NCBI GenBank assembly: GCA_043228905.1
Contig: JBHGNT010000016.1
Coordinates: 16,554,001 to 16,618,000 of the forward strand
Origin: Azolla caroliniana
Taxonomy: Eukaryota; Plantae; Polypodiophyta
Direction: 5' to 3'
Length of the DNA stretch: 64,000 bases
Position 1 is the first letter of the stretch. Each line of letters starts with the position of its first letter. The position numbers were made by a program, and so were the translations under genes. Positions 1 to 10,800 of the stretch are shown here, one piece after another. Under the pieces are notes generated by a model. The model was not told the origin of the DNA. It did no database searches and saw nothing but the letters and a program-made list of their open reading frames with translations.

Positions 1-2266
1 GAAGGCGGCAGGAGCAATCGGGGACATATACGCGCTTTTTAAAGAATAACAAACCATCATGATATTCGAATTGTCGGTAGTCAATACCTGGTTATTAAGA
101 CTGAGAACAGGATGCCCGAGAAGTATCAATGTGGGCCAGGATGTCTTGAGCAAAACTATCCGTCTTCAAGTTTGCACGTATGTCATCGGTAATCCGTGAA
201 TCCATCAGGGTGTGAAAAATCTGCGTCGTGTGCAATCGTGTTGGCCCCAAGATTACTTGCTTTTGATTATCAAATGTTGGATCACCAGGACGAGGTGCAA
301 GATATGAATGCCGTGATAGTGCATCTGCTTTTCCTTGCTGCTTCCCCGGTCGATATGTGATTTTGAAGTCGAAATGCGTGAGGAATTGCGCCCACCGAGC
401 TTGCCGTCGATTTAGTACGCGAGTGTTCTGGAAATAAGCAAGATTTTTATAATCACTAAAGACAATGACCTGATGTGGAGAGCCCTCTAAGAAATGCCGC
501 CATTGCACAAATGAATCCACGATGGCTAATAACTCCTTGTCATGTATTTCGTAGTTGATTTCCGCGACATCGAATTTGTGCGAATGGAAAGCCACCAGAT
601 GCAACTCTTCTTTATCTCCTTGTTGAGAAAGGATGCTACCGAGGGCGAAATTTGAAGCATCGGCCTCCATGATGAATGGTTTGCTGGTATCCACATGAGC
701 TAGAATCGGTGCTGATGTAAAGGCTTTCTTAAGATGCCGAAAAGCCATATCTGCTTCGATGGACCAAAGAAATGCTTGGCCCTTCTTCGTAAGTTGTGTG
801 AGGGGTAAAATAATCTTTGAATAATCCTGTATAAACTTATGGTAGAAGTTAGCAAAACCTAGAAAACATTGTACATCTCGTACCGACCGTGGAATTTGCC
901 ACTCTAGTACAGTTTGAACTTTAGCTGGATCCATGGCGATGCCCTTTGAGGAGATGACGTAGCCTAGAAATTCCACTTGCTTGCAGTCAAAGTTACATTT
1001 TTCTAGCTTGGCATAAAGACCATTCTCGCGGAGCCACTTTAGTACTAATAGTACATGAGAATCGTGCTCTTGCTGGGTCTTCGAATAAATCAATAGATCA
1101 TCCAGATAGATGATCAAACAGATATCCAAGAGGTCTCTGAATATATCATTTGCCATGTGTTGGAAGACTGCGGGTGCATTGGTTAAGCCGAACGGCATAA
1201 CAGTATACTCGAAATGCCCATACCGCGTGCGAAAGGCGGTCTTCCATTCATCTCCCGGTCGGATCCGCACGAGGTTATACGCTCCTCGTAGATCGATTTT
1301 GGTAAAAAACTTGGCACCATTAACTCGCTCTAAAAGACTTGGTATAAGAGGAAGTGCATACCTATTCCGGATGGTGACCTTATTCAATCCGCGGTAATCA
1401 ACGACGAGACGAAGTGAGCCATCTTTCTTCTTGACAAAGAAGATGGGTGCACCGGCCAGAGATTTCGAATGACGGATGAACCCGCTTGCCAAGTTCTCCT
1501 CTATGTAGGCTCGAAGGACTTCTAACTCGGTGGGTGACAAGTTGTAAATTGGTCCCCATGGTGGCTCGGTTCCTGGTTGTAAATTGATGGGACAGTCATA
1601 GGGACGGTGATGAGGAAGGGTACCGGCTTTTACCTTGTCAAATACATCAGCATAAGGATGATATTTTGCCGGAAGTTGTACTGAGGAGTCCTTCTTAATA
1701 GTGTTGGAAGGATGTACTGATATTGCAAATAGGAACATTGCCTCCTTGTGTCCTTCTTCGCGTAATTGATGGAGTGAAATGGTCGAAACTCGGTGAGTAG
1801 ATTCTTGGGGTGGTCGATATCGGACTTCTCTTGTTCTCCAATCTATGGCTAGATTATGTAATTCAAACCAAGGTAATCCTAGGACAATGGGATGCTCTGG
1901 ACTACTACTTATATTAAATGATATTACACACACAAAACTACCTAGGACAACTTGAATGGGTTCTGATTCTTCTACAATATTCCCGGAAGCAATGGGACGA
2001 CCATCAATGACTACTACAGATGCGGTACAAGGAAGTTTTCTTAGGGATATCTGAGAAGCTTGGGCAAAATTTCGATCCATGAAACAGGAATTAGCTCCGG
2101 AATGTAAAAGTGCTAGGACGGGTACTGGGAGAGTACTTTTAGTACTAACAATGACTTGGGCTAGGAACACATTGCTAACTTGCTTGGAAGGAATGGAACC
2201 ACTAATGGGCTGTACAGATCTAGGGCTGCTGTCCAACCAAACGGCTCCTATTTTGGCTGGACTCAA
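1..2266 (-). pseudogene. pol: A pol: protease, reverse transcriptase, RNase H; in-frame stop at 95-97, integrase continues off-window
   Basis: LLHSGA (degraded D-S-G protease motif), [46 protein letters not shown]. Confidence 0.95.
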
Positions 2267-2275
2267 TTGTTTAAC
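2221..2275 (-). promoter_or_regulatory. Putative -1 ribosomal frameshift signal of A
   Basis: G_TTA_AAC (2275-2269), 6-nt spacer containing the gag TGA, 11-bp stem GTCCAGCCAAA/TTTGGTTGGAC; pol is in the -1 frame; conserved in K. Confidence 0.75.
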
Positions 2276-2674
2276 TCTTCATCTAATTGACTAAGGATTT
2301 CAAATTTGTTTGAGATACTTGGGCTATTAGTACTATGAATACTATCTGACACTCTATTAGTACTATTAATACTATCTGACACTCCGAAGGGAAGAATTGA
2401 CTCGGGTTTAGTACAGGCAACGATTTGATTTACCTGTCTTCTTGGCCTATGGGGACAATTGATGGCGATATGCCCTGGTCCACCGCAATAAAGACATAAT
2501 CGATTGGCACGTCGTCGTTGCTTTTCTTCTTCCGATAACGGGCCGCGTCGACGCATGGTATCTATCTCCATCGGTGTCGAAGTATTTGCTTGAGGTATGT
2601 CTCGTGCAAACGGTTTAGCCGCGACTGCGGCATAAGTGGGCTTTGGCCTAGAGCGTGGTATCTGTAATTGACGT

Positions 2675-3545
2675 TGTCGTGCCTTTCGGCTCCGGATCGT
2701 TTGCGTGAGTCGGGTGGGAACCACCGGGGTTTTGGACTAGGAGGAGGAAGAATTTGAGGCTAATCTAGTTATGAATATGAATAGATTATAAGAAAGAGAT
2801 ATAGAAACTTGTGAATCCCACAAGTATAATTGTTTTAGTTTATCTAAATCGTAGTAATAAATTGAAATAATTTAGAATAGATTAGAGTAGATTGAGAAAA
2901 GAGATCAAACCTTGTGAATCCCACAAGTATTACATTAATCAATATTTATGTAAGAATATGAATTTAGATTGAAAGAGATAGATTATCTTAAACTTCGTGA
3001 ATCCCACGAGTATATTTTATTGATTGTTGGTGTTTTAGGAAATATATCCAATTTCCCAAATATTTTTCACACACCTATTACATTGTGCTCCCCATCCTTA
3101 TGTAGTGATGGGAGAGACTAAGCATAGCTACATGCTTTTTTTTTCTAATATGTTCATGCACACTAAATGTGCATGTGATGCTTTTCTAATCCTTGCTTTT
3201 ATTTGCTAAATATAGTGCTCATGCACGCTAGATGTGCATGAGTCACTTTTTAGTCGCTTGCGTTTTTCTATAAAATATTCACGCACTCTAAAAATACATG
3301 ATTTACCTTTTAATAAAGGTAGGCGCAAATAAAGCACTTATAGTTATTAAATCTATTTATAGAACACTAAAGATAAGGTAGCATAATGGTAAAGTTGAGG
3401 TTTGGCTACGTGGAGGTATAGGGTTCAAATCCTGCCCTATGCACGTGATAAATATCTTGATATATTATTTTATTTATTTATATGTAATTAAATCGGTTAT
3501 ATTATTTTTTACTTTTTCACGTAGTGTACGAAATACACTACGACA
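2675..3545 (-). repeat. G 3' LTR (871 bp)
   Basis: TGTCGT...ACGACA termini, direct repeat of 5165-6035. Confidence 0.97.
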
Positions 3546-5147
3546 CTCGCCCCCTCCGAACCCGCACATCCTCCGGTATGTGCCGAAGTTGCCGATGCTC
3601 GTTGTCTCCCCTTCATCCTCCGTTTGTCCCGCTATGTCAACTTTGTCTCTCCATTTTGAGTAGACCCATTCTTTCCACCCGAACCATTGTCGCCATCCGA
3701 TCCACCATATTCTTTGTTCATTCTTTGCATTGCCATGAGTGGTTGTCATGGTCCCTTGTGGTACTCTTGAGCATCTCGGTGTGTTGTCTCTCTCCACTCC
3801 GCGCTTGTCTTCCGTAGGTTCTACCCACGCGTCGATGTCGACCTCCGAATACGCGCTCGCTGTTAGGTCCTTGTGCGGCTTTAATGCATGCTTTATTTCT
3901 CGATGTTGCGCATGCGTCGTATTAGGCCGTAGCGCATGCTTCGTATTCCATCGTAGTGCATGCGTCGTATTACCCCGTAGTGCATGCTTATTTTTGCACC
4001 GTATCGCGTGCTTCTTTTTACGCCGTAGCGTGTGCTTCTCTTTACGCCGTAGCACGTGCTTCTTTTGGTGCCGTAGTGCGTGCTCCGTATTACATGCTTC
4101 TCCCATCGTAGACCCGACCTTCGCGTTGTCATGCTTTTGTTTACATCGGAATTTCAGACGGATCATCTTCCATCCGAACCGGCTTCCGACTTTACCTTCC
4201 TTGTTGCCACCTCCCGTCTCTCCGGTCTCACGTTGGTTCTCGGACACAACCGCCGAAGTCTCTAGAATTAGTGGGTAGGAATCCTCGGTATTATCATCTT
4301 CCGTTGTTTCACCCATAGCCATGTTCTCCTTGGCTATCTCTCCTTCGTATGCATCGGCTTCGACCTTCGTTTCGTTGCCGCCACTTTCCTTATCTTCGGT
4401 GTTATGTCGACACCCGGGCTCCAGTACCGAAGTCTCCGAAACAATGGTGAAGGAATCCCTTCGTTCGTGCTCATTTACTTTGTCTTCCTCGTTGCCCTTC
4501 CGGTCCTCCACTTTTCCACCGACACATTCCGTCTCTCCGGTCTCACGTTGGTGCACGGGCACAGCCGCCGAAGTCTCTGGAACCGGTGTGGGGATACCCT
4601 TTCGTCCTCGATCTTCCTCCTCCTCGTCCTTTGTTGGCCTCGACTTTGGTTCGGTTTTAAGCTCCCCTTCAATGTCGACTTGCGACTTTTCATGCATCTC
4701 CGAACCCTTCCGCATCAAGCTCTCCTTCGGTGGTAGTCGGTGGCCGCTTTTCACCCACTGTTGACCGCCGTTCGTGGACCATGTCCTCGTCCGCTTCGGT
4801 CTTAGATAGTCATATGTGTCTCGTATAGCTTCTTCAAAGGACTCCCACATCGGGCTTTGTTGTCGTATCTCGTGGATTCTCTCTTGAAGCTCATCCGTAG
4901 CCACCCGGTTGAAAGATAACACTTGCAATCTTTCTGAGATACCATATCGCAACATCTCCATTTTGTAGTCACGTAGATAGCGTGACACGTCCTTTCCATC
5001 GAATTGCCCGTTCTGTTGCACGAGCCGTTGTACTACTGTCGTGATCTCCGACATCTCGCGTTGTTCTTGTAGCATTCTCTCGAACATCATCATCATCATG
5101 TTCATCGCCTCTTGTTGATTCTCCATCTCCTTGCCACCCGCCTTCAC
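3474..5147 (-). CDS. G ORF: gag-like N-terminus, acidic low-complexity region and basic 8-aa (K/T)HALR repeats (557 aa from GTG; first ATG at 5126)
   Basis: Uninterrupted ORF filling the internal region; FDGKDVSRYLRDYKMEM resembles a retrotransposon Gag N-terminus; stop lies inside the 3' LTR. Confidence 0.65.
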   Translation of the reverse strand: MKAGGKEMENQQEAMNMMMMMFERMLQEQREMSEITTVVQRLVQQNGQFDGKDVSRYLRDYKMEMLRYGISERLQVLSFNRVATDELQERIHEIRQQSPMWESFEEAIRDTYDYLRPKRTRTWSTNGGQQWVKSGHRLPPKESLMRKGSEMHEKSQVDIEGELKTEPKSRPTKDEEEEDRGRKGIPTPVPETSAAVPVHQRETGETECVGGKVEDRKGNEEDKVNEHERRDSFTIVSETSVLEPGCRHNTEDKESGGNETKVEADAYEGEIAKENMAMGETTEDDNTEDSYPLILETSAVVSENQRETGETGGGNKEGKVGSRFGWKMIRLKFRCKQKHDNAKVGSTMGEACNTEHALRHQKKHVLRRKEKHTLRRKKKHAIRCKNKHALRGNTTHALRWNTKHALRPNTTHAQHREIKHALKPHKDLTASAYSEVDIDAWVEPTEDKRGVERDNTPRCSRVPQGTMTTTHGNAKNEQRIWWIGWRQWFGWKEWVYSKWRDKVDIAGQTEDEGETTSIGNFGTYRRMCGFGGGECRSVFRTLREKVKNNITDLITYK

Positions 5148-5160
5148 GTCGGGTTCACCA
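5143..5160 (-). promoter_or_regulatory. G primer binding site, tRNA-Trp
   Basis: TGGTGAACCCGACGTGAA, 4 nt from the LTR; complementary to the recalled plant tRNA-Trp 3' end (UUCACGUCGGGUUCACCA). Confidence 0.85.
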
Positions 5161-5164
5161 ACTG

Positions 5165-6035
5165 TGTCGTGCCTTTCGGCTCCGGATCGTTTGCGTGAGT
5201 CGGGTGGGAACCACCGGGGTTTTGGACTAGGAGGAGGAAGAATTTGAGGCTAATCTAGTTATGAATATGAATAGATTATAAGAAAGAGATATAGAAACTT
5301 GTGAATCCCACAAGTATAATTGTTTTAGTTTATCTAAATCGTAGTAATAAATTGAAATAATTTAGAATAGATTAGAGTAGATTGAGAAAAGAGATCAAAC
5401 CTTGTGAATCCCACAAGTATTACATTAATCAATATTTATGTAAGAATATGAATTTAGATTGAAAGAGATAGATTATCTTAAACTTCGTGAATCCCACGAG
5501 TATATTTTATTGATTGTTGGTGTTTTAGGAAATATATCCAATTTCCCAAATATTTTTCACACACCTATTACATTGTGCTCCCCATCCTTATGTAGTGATG
5601 GGAGAGACTAAGCATAGCTACATGCTTTTTTTTTCTAATATGTTCATGCACACTAAATGTGCATGTGATGCTTTTCTAATCCTTGCTTTTATTTGCTAAA
5701 TATAGTGCTCATGCACGCTAGATGTGCATGAGTCACTTTTTAGTCGCTTGCGTTTTTCTATAAAATATTCACGCACTCTAAAAATACATGATTTACCTTT
5801 TAATAAAGGTAGGCGCAAATAAAGCACTTATAGTTATTAAATCTATTTATAGAACACTAAAGATAAGGTAGCATAATGGTAAAGTTGAGGTTTGGCTACG
5901 TGGAGGTACAGGGTTCAAATCTTGCCCTATGCACGTGATAAATATCTTGATATATTATTTTATTTATTTATATGTAATTAAATCGGTTATATTATTTTTT
6001 ACTTTTTCACGTAGTGTACGAAATACACTACGACA
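5165..6035 (-). repeat. G 5' LTR (871 bp)
   Basis: Direct repeat of 2675-3545. Confidence 0.97.
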
Positions 6036-6858
6036 ACGTTCCGAACGCCGTTTGAAAAGGCGGTTGTCACATCGGACCGCTCAACTGATTGCCTCCGTAA
6101 GAGACTTTGGTTCTTCGGGGAAAGTTAGAAGTAGATCTTTGACATCGTTTCGCAGGCCATAGCAAAACTGCTCCATTAGTGCTTGATCATTCCAGGGTAT
6201 ATCTGAAGCGAGTAGGCGGAAATCCGCAGCATAGGCAGAGGCTGGATGATCGCCTTCACGCAATCGCCGGATCTTGTTGATCGCCGTCCTGATGTTGTCG
6301 GTGTCTCGAAAGCAGGCTTTAAACTCACTAATAAAATCTTGAAAGCTATTAAGCAAGGGCGATTGTTTTTCTAGAAGCGGAGCGAACCATGCTAAGGCTG
6401 AGCCGCTAAGCAACGTGCCAATTAAGCCGACTCGGGATGCATTAGTGGGATATCGGGAAGGATGCATTTGGAGGATTAATCGTACCTTATTAAGGAATCC
6501 CCTGAATTGCGATCGCGTTCCATCAAATTTCACAGGAAGTCCAATCTTCGGCTCTTTATGAAATCCTTGGGGACTTGATCCTTGTTGTTGCAATGCTGCT
6601 TCGAGTTGTTGCACTCGTAATGCTAACTCCCCATGTTGTTGCTGCGTTTGTTGTTTTTCTAGAGCGATATGTTGTAGATCCCCTATCAGCCGTTGGTTTT
6701 CTTGTTCCAAGGCAACAAATTTTTCTTTTAAGCACTATAGCTCGGAGAAAACGGATTGATATTCTTGGGCGCTAACAGTAGCCATAGTATAGGAAAAAGG
6801 GTAGGAGGATGAGGGAGAACGACAAGTAGGTTGGAGGACCGGCAAAATTGGTTCAAAC

Positions 6859-7293
6859 TGTCAGGAATAGTACTAAAGCAGAGAGGGATTTAGTACTAAA
6901 GAAGAGCAATACTATTAGTACTAAGAGGACGGGACTGCGTAAGACTCGAGTGAGAGAGAGAGAAAGAGAGATAGCGAGAATGAGAGAGAGAGAAGGATGA
7001 TGACAGCAGCTCTTATATTATATGAAAGATAAGTACAAATCGGCTAAGAGGCTTAAGACTGGTGTTGAACCAATTTGGTTCAACATAATGCCTAGTGCCT
7101 TCTTTTATAGTGTTGTGAGGAGTAATCCTGAAACTTCGAGAATGTTCCAGAGAAATCTGGAATATACATTACTTTCTTATAATAAAACATAAATGAAAAT
7201 AATATCCTATGAATTACAATAGATAGTGTGATGGTTAAGAGCTCAACCCATATACCATAAGGTTATGGGTTCGAGTCTTGCCATATCATGACA
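6859..7293 (-). repeat. A 5' LTR (435 bp) with TATA (7109-7103), 4-unit HSE (7130-7147), self-primer and tRNA-like module
   Basis: TG..CA ends, homologous to K LTRs; adjacent non-tRNA PBS GTTTGAACCAATTT (6858-6845). Confidence 0.92.
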
Positions 7294-7805
7294 GCTACCG
7301 TAGCTATTTCTTTGCAGCTTCAGATAGCGTTTGGCAGTCCATTTCTGCGTCGAGGTCGGAGAGCGTTGGCGAGGTTTGGTGGTGGGGAGAGTGCGAGAGA
7401 GAAAGTTCTGAGGGAGGGGGTTCACTGTGTGCGAGCTCTCTACGATTGATCTTCACGCGTCACTCTGCATCTGTTCTCCTTGGTTCGCGATAGGAGAAGG
7501 TCTCGATGCGTGGGGCTTTTTCTCTCTGCATCTTGGCGCCTTTTTCGAGCCTCCGCATGTGCAAGTCGTGTACTATAATAGCATTGCGTGCCATGTGGGG
7601 GTGGTTTAATGTCCTATTCATAGCCCCTCGTACCCTTTTCGACGTGCCTCTTTACTCCTCGTGTGCATGGTCGTTTCCACCACTCCTTTTCATGATTTAT
7701 TTGTGACGGTTTGCCGTCGTTAAGCTTTCCCCGGTTGCCAACTCGTGCTCCCCCTTACCGGCTTGGTGGTAGCCGTTTTCCTCACGGGTTGCCGTCGTGG
7801 TTGGC

Positions 7806-10800
7806 CTACCGGCGTCTGATTCGGGAGCAGCCCTTCTTGGGCATAGGTCCTTTGTATGGCTTTAGTCTAAATCCGTTGACCCATTTACCCTGCACTTCGC
7901 CGACAACTATCCCTAACTGGTAAGACCCATTAAACTCGCGTGTGATCCAGTACGGTCCGGTCCATCTAAACCGTAGTTTGCCTGGCATTTTACCCATCCG
8001 GGTCTGGAACACTAGTACCGGCTTGCCGATGCCAAACATTTTCTCGTTGCCCTTCTGGTGCCGATCTACAAACACTTTCCGTCGTCATTGTTCCAATTCC
8101 AGGTGCATGATGCTCGCCAGTCGGTGTTCTTCTAGTTCACACAGAGCCTTTAACCGAATTGCCTCTGATTCCTTTTCATTGAGTCGTTCCCGAATCTGAA
8201 TCCGTAAGCTTGGTACCTGGAATTCGACTGGCATGACTGCCTCTAATCCGAATGCTAACCGAAACGGTGTTGTTCGAATGCTTGTCTTGTACGTTGTCTG
8301 ATAGGCCCAGAGCGCACTATGCAGCTTCGTATCCCAATCCGTCCGGTTTTCGTTGACGATTTTCCGGAGGATATTCTGGAGTGTTTTGTTCGTCGACTCA
8401 GCTAACCCGTTTGCTTGCGGATAGTACGGTGAGCTTCGTTTATGTACTACCGCATAGAACGTTGTCAAACATTCTACCACCTATCCAAGAAAGTGCCCTC
8501 CTTGGTCGCTTATCAGCTCTATGGGGCATCCGTACCGGCACCAAATGCATTCGTATAAAAATTTCGCCGTTGACGCCGCGGTGTTGTCTCGTTGGGCTTT
8601 CGCTTCCACCCACTTAGTGCAGTAATCCGTCGTGACGATTACGTACCGGTTACCGGTTCTCATTGCCGATGGTTTAAATGGCCGGACAAAATCCAGCCCC
8701 CATTTCTGGAATGGTTCTAGTGGTAGGACTGGCTGATGCGGCATCCTAGCTTGTTCCGTTGGTTGGCCCATTCGCTGGCATAGATCACACTCTTTCGCGT
8801 ACCAGACTGCGTCTTTCAATGTAGTCGGCCACCATAGGCCACTTTGCCATATCTTCCTTGCCGTCGCATCCCCGACATAATGACCTCCGGCGACTCCGCA
8901 GTGTGCCTCCCGTAGTATTACCTCTTTCTCGTCGCTGCGCACCGCTCGTCGCCAGATACCATCCGCACCTTTGTGGTATAGCGTGTCCTATAATAAACAG
9001 AAGTGTCGGCTTTGTACCACCAGGCGTTTTCTCTCGTCTCGGTTCATCTCCTCCGGAGGCAATCCAGTACTCAGAAACTGGTGCATATTAGTTAGCCACT
9101 TATCTTCCTGTGCCAACGTTTCATTTGTTGCCGTTTCCATGGTGACTCGAAAAAGCTCTGCATCCGGAAACTCGTCCGGTACCCTGTCACCTATCTCCCC
9201 GGAATCTAACCGGCTTAGATAATCTGCTACCGCATGCTGTATGTCGGGTCAGTGGAATATCTCGAATTCGAACTCCTGCAACAGCAAGGTCCACCGGGCC
9301 AACTTACCGGTACGTGACGCTTTGGATACTAGGTAGAGGAGTGCCGAATGATCTACATGGAAGGAGAACTTTCTTCCTAATAAATAATGCCTGAATTTTG
9401 TTACACTGTAGATCATTCCTAAAGCTTCCCTTTCCGTGGTAGAATAATTTCGTTCTGCTTGGTATAGCTTCCGGCTGGCATAATACCCTGGCCGGTACCA
9501 CCTTGGCTTGGTAAGCTGCATGAGCGCGCTGCCGATTGCGATGTCGGAGGCGTCCACGAACACATGAAACTCTTTACTCCAATCCGGAGGCTGCACTACC
9601 CGTGCTTGTGACAATAATACCTTTAGTGCCCGGTATGCCTTGTCTTCGACGTCTGTCCATTGGAATGGTGTTCGGTGTACTGCCACATGCAGAGGTGTAG
9701 CCAGGTCCGCCAAATATCAGAGCATACAGCTATGCCAACGGATTTGTCCTAAGAAACGGCTCAATTCCTTTGCCGTTGTCGGTGCCGGTGCTTCTAGGAT
9801 TGCTTTCACTTTGTCCGGATCTACGGCAATGCCTTCCTTGCTCACAATATGCCCTAGTAGCGTTCCGCTGGATACTCCAAATACACACTTCACTGGATTC
9901 AGGCTTAGCCAGTACGCCCTACACTTCTCTAGACATAGTCTGAGATGCTGCAAATGATCTTCTTCTCTACTATAGACGGCGAAGTCGTCAAGGAACACCT
10001 GCATAAAGGCCGGTATGTATTCGCTAAAGATCTCCATGATGATCCGTTAGAATGTTGTTGGTGCCGTTTTCAGTCCGAACATCATCACCACGGCAACAAA
10101 CACTCCCCATTCGGTGACGAAAGCCGTTTTCTCTTGATCATCAGGGTGCATCCGGATCTGATTATACCCGCTGAATCCGTCTAAGAAACTATAGACTTCA
10201 TGGCCGGCGACGGCATCCAAAACTCCATTCGTAAACAGAAGTGGAAATGCATTTGTTACCGTTGTCGCATTGAGCTTCCGGTAGTCAACACAAACTCTAA
10301 TTTTGTCGTTCTTCTTCTGTAGGACTACGATCGGGCTCAACCATGTAGATTTCTTTACGGGATGGATGAAGCCAACCCTCAGCAATTTGTCGATCTCCTC
10401 CTTGACTTTGGCGGCGTAGTTTGGGTTCATCCGGTACCGACGCTGTGCAACCGGCTTGGCATCTTTGCTCAGATGTATTTGGTGCTGATACAACTAAGGA
10501 TCCAGGCCTCTCATATCCTCATAAGACCAGGCAAATACGTCGCGAAACTCGTTGAGGAGTGTAATTATCGCCGTTTTGTTCCCTGCATTCATTTCTTTGG
10601 CGATGTGCACCGGTTTTGCCTCCTCCGTCGTTCCTAGATTTACCTCTTCTAATTGAGACGCTTTTACGCGCTATGATACGGCCATTTCCCTTTCCAACGC
10701 CTCCTGTGCTTGCCATAACTCCCGGATTGCTTCTTTATCCGGTTCCCCTTCGGTTCCATCCGGTTGCAGTAAGTAGGGTGATACCGCTTCGGCGATGTCA

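Larger units (their letters stand above)
2675..6035 (-). mobile_element. Element G: very young non-autonomous LTR retrotransposon with 4-bp TSD and tRNA-Trp PBS
   Basis: Two 871-bp LTRs with 2 mismatches seen; TSD ACGT at 2671-2674 and 6036-6039 (empty site matches K gag); PBS TGGTGAACCCGACGTGAA; PPT-like GGAGGGGGCGAG; no pol. Confidence 0.95.
2263..6785 (-). pseudogene. gag: A gag (capsid-like domain plus CCHC knuckle), split by element G, with premature stops
   Basis: N-part 6040-6785 (KFDGTRSQFRGFL, LLSGSALAWF), C-part 2263-2674 ([19 protein letters not shown]); collinear with K gag. Confidence 0.93.
1..7293 (-). mobile_element. Element A: Ty3/Gypsy chromovirus (Tcn1-like) LTR retrotransposon, 3' part outside the window, gag interrupted by element G
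   Basis: 5' LTR 6859-7293 (TGTCA...TGACA), gag 6785 to 2263 split by the 2675-6035 insertion, PR-RT-RH pol 95-2266; closely similar to full-length element K. Confidence 0.95.

Noticed and set aside
3739-4764. Antisense and overlapping short ORFs here and throughout the track
   Set aside because: Shadow frames of retroelement coding sequence or repeats, with no independent motifs.
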